DNA from: Nemertoderma westbladi
Taxonomy: Eukaryota; Animalia; Xenacoelomorpha
Assembly (NCBI GenBank): GCA_032718475.1
Contig: JAUCBJ010008532.1
Coordinates: 17,608-81,607, forward strand
Direction of reading: 5' to 3'
Length of the DNA stretch: 64,000 nt
Shown here: positions 35,144 through 48,300 of the stretch, in pieces
Layout of the letters: each line of letters starts with the position of its first letter
Numbering within the stretch: the first letter of the stretch is position 1
Made by a program: the position numbers and the translations under genes
Notes under the pieces: generated by a model
Told to the model about the DNA's origin: nothing
The model's input: the letters and a program-made list of their open reading frames with translations, nothing else
Databases searched by the model: none

Positions 35144-37055
35144 CCCAGCAAAGACACATCCGGCTAATATCCGGATAATATCCAGCTAAACCCCGCTAAA
35201 CCCCGCTAGCTTGGTTTTTAGCGTTTTAATATCCAGCTAATAGCTGGATAATAGTATCCGGCAATTCGCTGGAGAAAATATCCACTTAATATCTGGAAAA
35301 ATCCTTGATTTAGCGTCACTTTAGCGTATGAATAAATCGACCTAATAAATAGCGGGATTTTAGCATCAGTTTAGCATGTAGAGAAGCTAAAACTAGCTGA
35401 GAGTAGCGGGATTTTAGCACCAATTTAGTCGCTAAATATAGAAGTAAATAGCGGTGTTATAGCGACTAAGGGAAGGTGGACGGAGACGTGGGGGGGGGGG
35501 GGGGGGGGGGGGGGGAGTTGTACTTGACACAAATTCCATCTCGGCGAATTAATATCTCGTCTCATTGTTAAATTATTATGGATAGGACTAAATATGAATT
35601 TTGGTTGCCGTCAGCAACCACTCCCCCCCCCCCTTTTTTTCTGGATGGATGAGGCCATGTGTACAGTATTCCTCCATAACATATGTACAAACATACCCCA
35701 GGAAGCAGAAGACATTCGCCAAAGATATTGAACATTGACATATGGTTACTTATTCAGTTTTCACCCATGATGTAATAATCTACAGTATGAGACAATGTTT
35801 AGATTACAGTAGGTACAACATGCCGAATTACAGTGAAATACCCCAATTAGCCAATTTGAAATTTTAAAATAATGTAATAATTTTAATCACTAGTTGAACG
35901 AAATTAAATATGAACCAACACATTCAATAATGATCGTTCACGTTTCATTCAGTTTTACGTCCATTTATTTATACTGTATCAACAATACAGTACAGTACCT
36001 AAAATATGAACGATCATGGCACGGTGTTTTAATTTTTATGAACTTTCACAAGTATACCATAATTGAAGCCATCCCGATGACGTTTTTGATAATTAAAATG
36101 ATTTACAACATTAACAAACTAACAACACCTACTAACCAACACATACTAACAACATTAAGCACTTCGCAATTATAACACTTTTGATATTGCCCCGGATACA
36201 TACTGTAATACAGTAGAATAAGATAAAAAATTTATACAGTAGGCCTACCTGCAGTGCTACAATATCTCAGGTTACAGTACCTACAGTTGTTATACAGTAG
36301 TACAGACAATATGTACTGTACTTTAAATTTTCATTTGTACATTTTTGCAGTGAACAAAAAAAAATATTCAACTGTCAAAAATTAAACGGCATTTACATAA
36401 ACTACCAACCCCAACCCCCCGACACTACCTCAATTTGCAGAAAACTGAAATTATTGGATAGATATATGGTTTCTTATCTTCGAATAATCGATTAGAAACA
36501 GTTTACAATTTATTATTTTTAATAAATTATAATTATGAATTATCTAATATGGTTGTAAATAAGATCAAATATATAGATTTTAAAAATCGAATTAATATTT
36601 TTTGGTGATCGCTTAAAGTTATATAGGATACTCCTAAGTCTTAATGCATTATATATTCTCTTATTATACTCAAACGATTACATCTCAGTTTGTATAGAGT
36701 ATTGTAGGTGTAGGGCCGTAGGGTGTAGGCATAGGGTAGGTAAGGTAGGCTAACCACTCCAGCCCCCCCCCCCCCCCTCCCCTCCTCTCTCCACAGAGTA
36801 TGCACAAGGAACGCCATGTGATTGGACAAAGCGAATTTTTTTTAACCTGGGCAGCTACAAATGCCGCTAAATCCACGCTAAAGTGCCGCTAAGGAACCGC
36901 TAAAAACCGGATAATTATCCCGCTAAAAACACCGCTATAGCGGGGACCACTTTTACGGCGATTATCCGGATATTATCTTATAAAAATAGCGGGATATTAG
37001 CAGGATGGTACATCCCGCTATTAGCGTGCTAATCGCTGGATATGTATTTGCTGGG
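35144..37055. mobile_element. Non-autonomous EnSpm/CACTA-like element
   Basis: Termini CCCAGCAAA / TTTGCTGGG flanked by TA; dense subterminal CCGCTA/TAGCGG motifs at both ends. Confidence 0.7.
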
Positions 37056-39387
37056 TAGCTACCCGCTACCTATACATATAACGCCCAATTTATTTTTAAC
37101 TGGTAAACATTTAAGACGAAAGGCAGCGTTCCATTAGGCTTACATTAACTCGCTTATTTTTAACTGAAATGTAATAAATATATTTTTCCTATAAAAACCA
37201 ATCGTGTTAGCAGATTAATATTCACTATGATATTCCATGAAATAGTCCCAAGAAGGCCTATGGCTAATGACTAATGAGACTTTTTTGCTTTTATTTTTAC
37301 TATAATATTCAAGAATCAATCAAGATCACATTCATACAGGAGCACCGAAGGAAATATATGTCTACAGTATGATTTATAGCGGGATAAATAGTTAACGATG
37401 CTGTGCAGTGTCAATTACATACAGTTCTGTATCATCATGACCAATGAGATTAGTGCATTAACGATCATTCGGGGATTGGTGGCTTTATATACTGTAGAAT
37501 AATATTTCGGTAATTTTTCCTTCATAAGAAGTAAACAAATTTGAAATACAGTACAAATTATAAACACATTCAAAACAATTCTAAACATACAGTTGAGCCG
37601 ACCTTGCACAGTATAGTAAAATTGCATTTCGAAAGTATTCGACAGCGAAGAGTATCTGTGATAATAATAATAAAATAAATAAATCAGAACCCTATTAAAA
37701 TTTGGTTTAAAAATATATGTGGGTTTTACTTGAGAAATGAAATCTGCATTATATTTCTGCACATAATTTTAAAGGAAATTTACTTGGTCGCAATTGTCCG
37801 GATACTGTATATATAAATAATTATACTCATTATGATTAGGCCTATTGTAGCTATATATTAACAGTGGGAGATTGACCCAACAATATTATCAATGTTATAT
37901 TCTGGAATGATTTTATATTAATTGTACTAATTCATTAAACTGTGTAATTACTGTTGGCCTAGCTATATTTCATTTACTGCAGCTTTATTTCATTTGACTG
38001 TATCTACATTTTAACATAGGGAGCTGCTGACCCAAAATTATTCGCAATTATATATTCTGGAATGCTTACAAATAAAATTAATTGTTTTAACTGTTGCTCT
38101 AAAAATTAGCATAGCATAGGCCTACTGTGCGAATATAGTTAACATTGTTCATGCAATATTTGTTGCTTTTACTGTTGTTTGTTTTGGATAATTTTATTGA
38201 ATTCATTTTTTTTACTAGCTATCGATAAAACAATTTTGAAATCTAGAATGTTGTTTAACTAATTATTTATGATTATAATGATCTAAGGACAACTGTGACC
38301 CGGACAATTAATTGTGACTCAAGATCAAGATTTTAGAAAATTCCGTTGGGTTGCAATTGCCCGGGTCGCAATAGTCCTAACTCCGCCTGACATCCTGACA
38401 GGTTGAAGAAAAACGGAAAAAATTCAAATTATCTAAAATGGACAAAAAAGCGGACAAAAAGTAAGAAATAACGGACAAACGAAAATCACAGCCTAAAAAA
38501 ATTTCAAAATGTATCTTCACAAGTGCTGACCAGAAAGCAAGTATTTTTACAAATATATATATATTGATCTTGAAATTTATTGGAATTATACAAAAATAGA
38601 TAGCCCCAGGCCGCCTAATAAGACTACTGCGACAGAAAACCTGCCACCTCCTCATCCATATTATGCAGAATAAAGGAGCTGCCATCTGTCTGTGACTGCA
38701 GAGCTTCATCTAATAATAATCTAATAAGGACCCATAGGCCTACTACAGTACTGTACCTCAGTAGACACAGTACCAATGGCTATGGCTTGTCAGAGGATTG
38801 ATTGGTCTTATTACACTTCTCAGTACACTGCTAGATGCAGGTCGCTGGTGCAGGGCATGTTGTGGGGTATGAGACCCATATCTGAGTCCTACTGGGGCAC
38901 CCACCCCAGGGCGCGGTATTTGTCCCTAGAGCTGATTCGGCAAAGAGGCACCCCACTATGGAATGTATCAGGAATGCGATGATCCTAGGGGCCAGTGGAA
39001 ACTTGAATGGGTTTCACACAGTTGCCATTTATCTCCTGAAATACCAGTCTTACTCTTACCCCCTACAGGAAAGTGATTGACCAACTTAAATACCAACGGC
39101 TACCCCGCCTAAGTTGTAATATAAGATAATGTATACTTTATTACTACTACAGTACTATTATACATTACTACTGTAGGTCGAGCGAACTCGGACAGTGGAA
39201 ATGAGATTCTTCCAGGCTTCCCGATTCTCCATAGTTGTCGCAATTTCTTAATTTAATACTACTGTATATAACTGTCAATAATTATTGTGTCTAATCATAA
39301 TTCTATAGCATATTAGTCTTTATCGGATACCATAAATACTGTATATATTATTTGTCAGAAGTGAAATTTATTATTAAACACATTAAA

Positions 39388-40590
39388 ATGGTGGAATTCT
39401 CGATTGTCAATGTCAATAACGCGACAGAAGAAAATGTTTGCAAAGGCGCAAATGACAGAAGTCTATGGGAAATTGCTCCAAAAATCGTCCTCTATGGCTC
39501 TGTTTCAGTTGTGGGGATATGCTCAAATCTATTGGCTTTGATTGTTATTGCAACTACACCGAAAGAGCAGATGAAAATGATAGACGTGTTAGCTGGTAAT
39601 CTTCTAATGTCAGACTTAATCTACATTACTGGATGTCCATTTCTTCTTGCTTCTCTTGTAAAGAAAACCTGGTTGTTTGGTGATGTAGGATGCAAAATAA
39701 TATTCGCTTTGGATGCGCTAACAATGTCTGCAAGTATATTTACTTTGGTAAAAATGAGTTTCGAGAGATATCAAGTAATGAGCCATGCACGGAGAGGGAG
39801 AAATATAAACAAGCGACATTTAGCATTCATATGGTTTCTAAGTATTTTAATCGCAATGCCTTTCGCCATATTTACCTGGAAGGCATCTACCCCTTGTGGA
39901 ACACACTGTGGAGGGTCATGGCCAAATTTTTCGGAGACAATTAATTCGGCCACAGTATATATTATTTTCCTCAGCTTGGTTCTCTACATCATCCCCTTGT
40001 TTGTCATCGCCATTACCTACAGGGCTATGATCATGAGCATCAAAAGCCAGCTTCGCTTGGCCATTGGAAACAATAAACCGGATGAAAGTGAAATGGGTAT
40101 AGCATTAAAAAATACGATTACCACTGCAGAAAGTTCACTTTGCATGAGAGAAAGTACAGTGACACAAGAAACAGCCGAAAGTCCACTGGTCAGTGTCATC
40201 TCAAATAATCAATTGATCATGGATGGGGCGAATAGTATAACATCCCACAGTCATGATGAAAGCAAAGCACAAAATAGCTTGCGTCAGATAAATAACAAAA
40301 TTACGCGGATGGTAGTGGCTGTCATCTTGGCTTTTGCATTTTGCTACCTACCATTTTGGACCTGGCAACTAGCTATGCATTTGCTCAAAATTCGCCAACT
40401 AATTTATATTTCTGGGTCGACAATAAAGACCATTCAAATGGTGGTAGTTTTTACTTCTTATGTGAATGTCATAGTAGACCCTATTCTTTGTTTCGTGCTT
40501 TGCAGCAAATATCGTACTAGATTGAAGTTCATGATGGTGTCACTGTGTTGCAAACAGAGAGTTATTGAAACACCGCGGGATGGTCCATAA
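39388..40590 (+). CDS. Intronless rhodopsin-family GPCR, peptide-receptor type (somatostatin/MCH/urotensin-II-like)
   Basis: Seven hydrophobic segments; N-glycosylation site NAT; GICSN, NLLMSDL, WLFGDVGCK, MSFERY, W..S...AMP, YIIPL, FAFCYLPF, VDPILC. First ATG at 39388 (400 aa). Confidence 0.93.
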   Translation: MVEFSIVNVNNATEENVCKGANDRSLWEIAPKIVLYGSVSVVGICSNLLALIVIATTPKEQMKMIDVLAGNLLMSDLIYITGCPFLLASLVKKTWLFGDVGCKIIFALDALTMSASIFTLVKMSFERYQVMSHARRGRNINKRHLAFIWFLSILIAMPFAIFTWKASTPCGTHCGGSWPNFSETINSATVYIIFLSLVLYIIPLFVIAITYRAMIMSIKSQLRLAIGNNKPDESEMGIALKNTITTAESSLCMRESTVTQETAESPLVSVISNNQLIMDGANSITSHSHDESKAQNSLRQINNKITRMVVAVILAFAFCYLPFWTWQLAMHLLKIRQLIYISGSTIKTIQMVVVFTSYVNVIVDPILCFVLCSKYRTRLKFMMVSLCCKQRVIETPRDGP

Positions 40591-42439
40591 TATTTCAATG
40601 TAAATTGATGTGAACTCGTAACTTTAAAGCTTTATGCATCTAATTGTTGATAAATGTTAGAGGGCATTATCCAATGGACATAAGAGGTCAACATACCGGA
40701 ACACAAATGTCTATGTCTAACCGAAATAACGTAACAAAAGCAAAAGCAAAACCTATACAACAAGAACATATGCAACATCAGTAGGCCTACACCATGCCCC
40801 AAAATGTACTATACTGTAGTATCGTTATTCAGGTACCTGCAAATTTGTCAAGTAATTAATTTATCCCTAATTTTTCTACAATTCTGAATGAGACTGCATG
40901 AAATTTGAAACCGAGTTAAGCAATGCGGGCATTGAATTGATAGAAACGGCATTAGTCTGGTTCCAAATCCTGAAAATACGCCTAGAAAGTGATGGCGAAG
41001 GAAAATTTGGGTAATAGATGTGAGTGTGCTGAATAGAATGTGCTGATTCCGAATCCGTCTGATGCCAAGCTCAATTGTGAATTTTTGGGTCCCGTTTCAC
41101 CATTTCAACAGTAGGTAATTTGCAAAACACCGTTTTCTATTGACCCGACAGAATTCTAACCTTTGACCTACACCCCCCCCCCCCCCCCCCCCCCCCCCTC
41201 CTAAACCGGCATCAGAGAATCCATTGAGGTGAATTTTAGTTACACGTTACCATGGCAACTGTTCGAAATACGTCTTTAAATGTCGTTTTTACTGCAAATT
41301 TAGGTGAATTTTTGCAAATATCAATAGTTTTCTAAACCATTGCCAAATACGTGTTCCCCTCGGGCTAAAATCATGAAACGTTCCAAATATATTGTCAATA
41401 TGACCCTCTATATTTTTAATGTTGGCGCCATAAAAATGGATTAGCAGTTACCATGTATCCATTGAAACTAACAAAAAATAACCTTGTGCAATTTTTCATC
41501 ACTTTACTTATAGTTACTATCAATTTAAAAAGAAATCCATTTAGGGTCAATTATCTTACATGTTCATAACCCAAGACAATTATTTACCGACGCAGCAGGT
41601 CTTTTCTTATTACCATAGCAACGGGAAACATTTTGTAATATGTAGAATATCCGTCAGAAACATGTCATGTATTTCAGATGCATATCAATATGTTATATAG
41701 TCAACATTCATGATCACAAGTGAAGTCATTATTCTATTGTTACCATAGCAACGGGCATATTTTATTATTTATATATTTCCAATATCGTTTTGGTATTTTA
41801 TTCGTCTTAGAGGTTAATAATTTAAGGCTTTTTGATAATTACAAGTATATGGGGTCTTCTGTAGTTATTCTATTTGACAAAGTCATGTTTTATGGTCATA
41901 GCAACCGGAGTTTTCCTCGTAATACGGGAGTAACTGTTGGGTTTCTCATAATTTTTTGAATAGTGCAGTTCAGTCAAATTTGAAAATATGGGACGTATAC
42001 CAAATCACTAAAATATATTTGAATTTACTTTATGTTCTTAGCCACGAAAGTTTACCATAGCAACCGGTGGTTTTTCGTAAGAACATTGTGTTTTTCATAC
42101 TATTAACATGTTTTTTGCAAAGGTTTTATATAAGAAAAGCAAGTTATCTCTAGTGATGGTATGTTTTACATAACAATGATAATTTTTGCATAGCAACGAT
42201 TACTTTAGCTTAGCAACCACGTGTCTTCATTGTAACAACGGTCTTTTCACAACAAAAACATATTTTTACAGTACATAAAAGGTGAGTTTTACAGTGGCAA
42301 TCAACTATCTTTTTGTTTTTTCCATAGCAATGGTGAGTTTATCCTTAGCAACGGCGACGTTTGTATAGTAGTGACGAGTTTACCTTAGCTACGGATTGTT
42401 TTTACATGGTAAAAACTTCGAGATATCACTATCACAAGA

Positions 42440-43457
42440 ACATCTGATAGAGATTTAGATGAATCTGCACTACAAGGAAATCATGAAGAGGCAGAAACTC
42501 GTATACAGTAGTATTGCATTTACTAAACATTGATGCAGATTCTATGGTCTGTGGTATTGTCTAGAGATACATGGTGAGGTTAGTAGTAGTAGTAGTGAAC
42601 GGTTTACTGGCCCGTTCAGCCTTTAATTTTCGCCAAAATCATATTTTGCACACTACAGTATAGCGTAATAGTAATGTATTACGATCGCAACAAACAGCAA
42701 TATTAATATACTCAGTATATTTTTGCACAAACTAAGTAAATATAAAAGTAAATAACACTTACTAATATTATTATTTCTAATTTATTAATTAATTATTCGA
42801 AAAAACTTTTAATACTGCTTCAATAAATTTACATAGTAGTACCGGTGCACTGTACGTTTCTTTAAACAAGTCTATCTGTTCACGGGGGATTAGCAGTGGT
42901 TGGCGGAGCTTAGTGGGAAGACTACCGATAAATTGATAACGGTAGTTGAGACCGCATTTAGAACGGCTCGACTTATTAGACCTTCGAACCCCTGGGCCTC
43001 AACCCTCCCAGTGAAGAATTTCTAGACTCTTGAGATCCGAAGAAAGAACATTTGTGGATTCGGTTCTTATAATTACACCTTAGCTACAGAAACCATCTTA
43101 GCAGCGGAGGCATTTATGTTCTGCATTTATGGCTTGAATGGTGAGGGTAAATGTGACAAGCCACGGCACGTATTAAATTGTTTACAAAATTGTTTGCAGG
43201 AGGCACTGCCACCAACCACCGATGCTACCCATCTCCAAATAAAACGCTCCACCTCTGGGTGGACAGTTATAGACAACCAACTCATACCAGTGTTCATGAT
43301 GCTACCACCAATCCCTGCATCATGTTTGGAAATAACATCATGCTGTTGTTCCAAAGGATGCCTTTCAAACCGTTGTGGATGCCAACAGGTTGGCCTCAGA
43401 TGCGCAGATGCTTGCAAATGCATTGTTTCATCAATACCTTGCGAAAACATAGCATAG
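42440..43457 (+). pseudogene. Academ transposase C-terminal remnant
   Basis: NHEEAETR near 42480; FCIYG, LPPTTDA..L.IKR, GW, and Cys-rich CCCSKGCLSNRCGC...LRCADACKC. Confidence 0.75.
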
Positions 43458-45339
43458 CATAGCATAAACTGTATAAATAAAAATTGCAACAAATCTAGCT
43501 GTAAGATTCGGGGGGGGGGGGGGGGGAGGAGATAACAATGCCGCATCTGTGATAAACTTACTGTTACTATGCACTAAACACATTGTTGCTATAGAAAACT
43601 CTTAACAAGGTGGTGTTACTACTTGGGATTCCTTGAGAACTAGTTGTTACCATGTAAAAACAATCCGTTGCTAAGGGAACTCGTCATTACTATACAAACG
43701 TCGCCGTTGCTATGGAAAAAAACAAAAACATAGTTGATTGCCACTGTAAAACTCACCTATTATGTACTGTATAAAAAATGTTATTGTTGTGAAAAGACCG
43801 CTGTTACAATGAAAACACGTCGTTGCTAATCTAAAGTAGTCGTTGCTATGAAAAATTATCATTGTTATGCAAAACATGCCATCACTACAGATAAATTGCC
43901 TCTTATAAGAAGCCTCTTACATAAAACCTATGCAAAATACATGTTAACCCTATTAAACCCGGGGGGGGGGGGGTGGGGGGGTTCCATCCCGTGGTTTTTT
44001 TATTATAAGTCTGAAACAAACGCAGTTGGGAATCTGAAATTTTATGACTTTTCCTAAATCTCTATATCTTTGGCTAATTATTCGAATATATTTTATTTGC
44101 TCGTATAGAATCGTTTTTGATTACAAGTGATTTACAATTTTCGTTTAACCCTATTAAACCCCGGGGGGGGGGGGGGTCAATATGACCCCCCGTGGTTTTT
44201 TTATTATAATTCTGAAACAAACGCAGTTGGGAATCTGAAATTTTATGACTTTTCCTAAAAATATATTGTCTTCGTAGTAGTGAAAACCGTTTTCAAAAAT
44301 ATTGGGTAGTTTTCGAGTTATAGCACCATTTTTGAACCCTACTTTTGGCACTTTTTTTGAGACGTTTTTTGAAAATTACATTTCATTAAATATTAATTGT
44401 AACATCTCTATTTTTGATTTACACCGGTTTTTTGGTGTTCGCAATTGGATGGAATTCATATAAATTGATTTAGAAATTTCAAACTTCTTTTTTTCGTCGG
44501 GTGCCAAATTTTGGTGCCAGCACCAAATTTTGAAATATGTCAATTTTGTAAATTGATTGTTTGAAACTTGTTTTTTACGCAATTGGGGTTTTTTGGGGTT
44601 CTGGTTGTTAAAGTAGAAAGATACCGGTACCTGCTGACCTGGTAGGTACAGCTGTACAGTGGTGCTTGCATATAATGAAGAACACATACAGACTCAAACA
44701 CGGTACTAGCACAAACTATAAAACAGTAACTAGACAAAAGACACATACAGTAAATAATATAACAATCTCTTCGGTCTTTCTTAAATTGGTGTCCATAGTA
44801 ATAAATGGATAAATCAAGTATGTATAGGACAATATACGCTACAAATACCACACCAACATATATAGCATAACAATATCACCAATCTCTTCGGTTTTTTTTT
44901 TTAAATTGGCGTTAAAAGTACAAAATGGATAAATAAAGTATGCAGTATACGTTAAATGCCAAAATAAAACAATGGCAAGGAAATGCCACCAATTAAATGT
45001 ATCTTAGAATTACGTAATACTGTACATGCACATGTACAGCAATAACATATAACAATAGACGACATATAAAATAACATATGCCTAGCGTCTTGCTAACATA
45101 TATGCATATCCATCAGTTAAATCTATGTAACATACATATGATATATAATATAACAAGTCCAGTACTGTCTTTCGGAATTACGTAGTATTGTCCATCTATC
45201 ATCCGCTTTTCCAAAAATATCAATTACTGTATCGATAATTGCAAGAAATATTTGGAAAAACATTTCAACAATATAATATATCAATAACATTCAACCCACA
45301 TCATCATGATGAACCCCAATATAAATCTAAAAAAAAAAA

Positions 45340-48300
45340 CTAAAATACATTTACTTTCTTTCTATGTTTGTGTTCAGCTAAAATAGATATACACTCATAT
45401 AGACAAGTGGGATCATCTAGAATACGTTTTAACAATAGTGACGCCAGACTTCTTGATTTTGTTAATGTGTCTGCGATTTGTAGTTTAGTAGGTATCCAAA
45501 TCAAGTCTTCCAGTTGAATGTTATCCCGAATATATGCAAAATCAATGCATAATCTCCTCTCTTGCGACATTTTTCCACTCTGCACATCTTGGGTCAGACC
45601 CCTATGGTCTGATAAGTAAACAAATGGATACGAATAATGCGTTAGTGAATGAAGAAAGACATGCAAGTATCCTCCCAAATCGACACCTTCAACAAGTGAA
45701 AAGGTCTCAGCAGATAATGTACTCTTTGTTACCCGCTTTGTGCAGCGACTGCACCAATATATCAAATGACATCCCCAAAAAATACAGATACCCATCCTAG
45801 ATGGATTGCCAAATGAAGAATCTGTAAATATATATAAAGATTCCAGTTTGTCATTAGTAGTAGGGAATTTGATGGTAATTATTTCGCATTTCAATTTTCT
45901 GACAATTTTGTGCAAGCTACAAATATCATTAAGCGTTGGTTGCTGAATCTGTGATAAGGTTCCCACAAAAAAGGCTATGTCGGGACGAGTGTTAGTGGAT
46001 ATCCACATCAATTTCCCAAGCAGTGATTTGAAGTAATGGTATATATCCTTGGATTCTGAATTCTGAAAGGATTCCATGCTTGAACAGGACAAAGATTGAA
46101 TGAAAGGATCTTGAGAAATTTCGAATCCACCATATTCCATTGTACGTACGAAAACACCAAGAAATTTTACCCAATTACAACTGACATCTGTTATCTTTCC
46201 AACACTGAGATTTGATTGGATTCCATCAATAAATGTAGATGATATTTCACTGCTTCCTGCTATTGCTATATCATCGACATGTGTGGCAATGATTGCAATT
46301 AGATTGTCTTCTACTGACATTAAGGAATACATAGCAGGGTCTAGTTTGTTTTGTTGACAGCCTAGTTTCTCTAATTCACTTTTAAGTTTAACAAACCAAT
46401 GTCGTGATGCATCCTGTAAACCATAAATTGACTTCTTCAATTTCCAGTATACACATCTCTTGTTCTCTCTCAAATATTCTTCTGGTGGAATCACATAAAC
46501 AATCCTCTCATCCGGTAATTTGCCATTCTGTAAGAATGCACGTTTTATATCCACTATCCATAATTTCCAGTTCAATCTAGCAGCAACTGAAAGCAAAGTC
46601 CGTATTGACATCTTCTCACATGTTGGTGCAAAGGATATAGGAGTATCATTATCTTGAAACCCTTTGGCTACAAGGCGAGCCTTTATAGTTTGAATACTAT
46701 CAACATATTTTAAGTCAATTACCCATCTTGTTGATACAATATTGGCATTAGGTGATAATTCACTCTCATCAACTTCAGTATATACATTATTATCCAGCCA
46801 ATTGGAGAGTTCTTTTTCTTTTGCCTCAGCTACCTCACAACTATATTCTTCTTGTATTTTCTTGTCAATGTTATTCTGTGAAATATGACCGGCAGAGTAG
46901 CCATATCGCTCAGGTGGTTTATGTACTCGGCGGGGATATTGCTTTCTATCTACAATTGGCTCTGTGTGTTCTTCATCATTCCGACAATCTTCCATAGTAT
47001 TACTAGAATTCATAGACTGCAAGTTAGAGATAGGAGTATTCACACTATCATTAGTCATTTCATTGTCTGACAAGGGATGTAAATTCAAGCTACTGCTATA
47101 ATTAGCAGTATCTTGGATATCATTGGTTTCTCTCTCATTAGTATCATTGCTATAGCTGCCATGATCTTGTATAAGATGTTCTGAGTGTACTATTTCATCA
47201 TCTTCAATGTATTGGCAGGGTTCTGATAGTAAATCCTCTTTACTATCAGCTGATGGACTCTCATTTGAAACATATTGATTATAATAACCATTATCAATTC
47301 GTATTTTGGATCTATGGGTTCGTATGTATTTCGAGCCATGAGCTACTAATATTTCGGCTCCATTTATCCCAACTACTTTCGCTGGACCACACCATTTTTC
47401 ATCCTGATAAGAAAAATAGTATACTTTATCACCCATAGAAATGCCTTTATTCGTAGGTCTTACATTCTTTAATAATGCTCTCCGGATCCTAGTTGATGAA
47501 TCCGCTTTTGCAAATTCTATTCGAACCTGATTCAGTAATGCTATATGATCAATAGCAGACTTACTTATTGAAGTAGCATTGTCTAATGCACTTATATTAT
47601 CAGTAAGTATATTTCCTATATTTGGCCCTCTGCCAAACATTATTTGATGTGGTGAAAATCCATTATTAGCAGGCCAGGCATTTTTAACAAAGGAAGCCAT
47701 TTGCAAAATCTTATAATCTTTATAAGTTGGATTTTCCATCTTTATCCTTTGATATATTTCCTTGATGAGGCCATTATGACGCTCGGTCATACCATTGCTA
47801 AATGGTGAGTATGGGGCAGTTACCTCGTGAAAGACATTGAGTTTGTTGCAGAATTCTGTGAAACTAAGGGCACTGAATTCTCCACCATTATCACTCCTCA
47901 TTACTCTGTTTGGAGGTCCAAATATAAGGCACCATTTATCAAGAATTGCAATTTGAACAGATTCTGAGAGTTTATTAGGTAATAAGACAGTCATGCTAAA
48001 TCTTGAAAATAAATCAATTATGTGTAACACAGGTTTAGTGATGGACAGAAAGAAAAGGTCAAGTCCGATTACATCATTAGTAGTATTGGCTACAGGTAAC
48101 CCCACAATAGGATTACTAGGCTTTCTGCCAATACATTTGCATGTTTCGCAACTGTTGGTGACTTGTTGCACAATGTCATTGTAATTGTTGCCACAGTTGC
48201 CTATAGAATCTTTAATTAATTTTATTAATATTTCCTTTCGAGGGTGTGCAAACTGTTTATGTAACTTTGATACATCTGCATAGGAAAGCTGTATTTTATC

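Noticed and set aside
35489-35515. Long poly-G/poly-C runs throughout the window
   Set aside because: Mostly inside repeats and of unreliable length; no specific function can be supported.
39352-39387. Non-ATG start of the GPCR given in the ORF track
   Set aside because: Eukaryotic gene; the first in-frame ATG with good context (AAAATGG) is at 39388.
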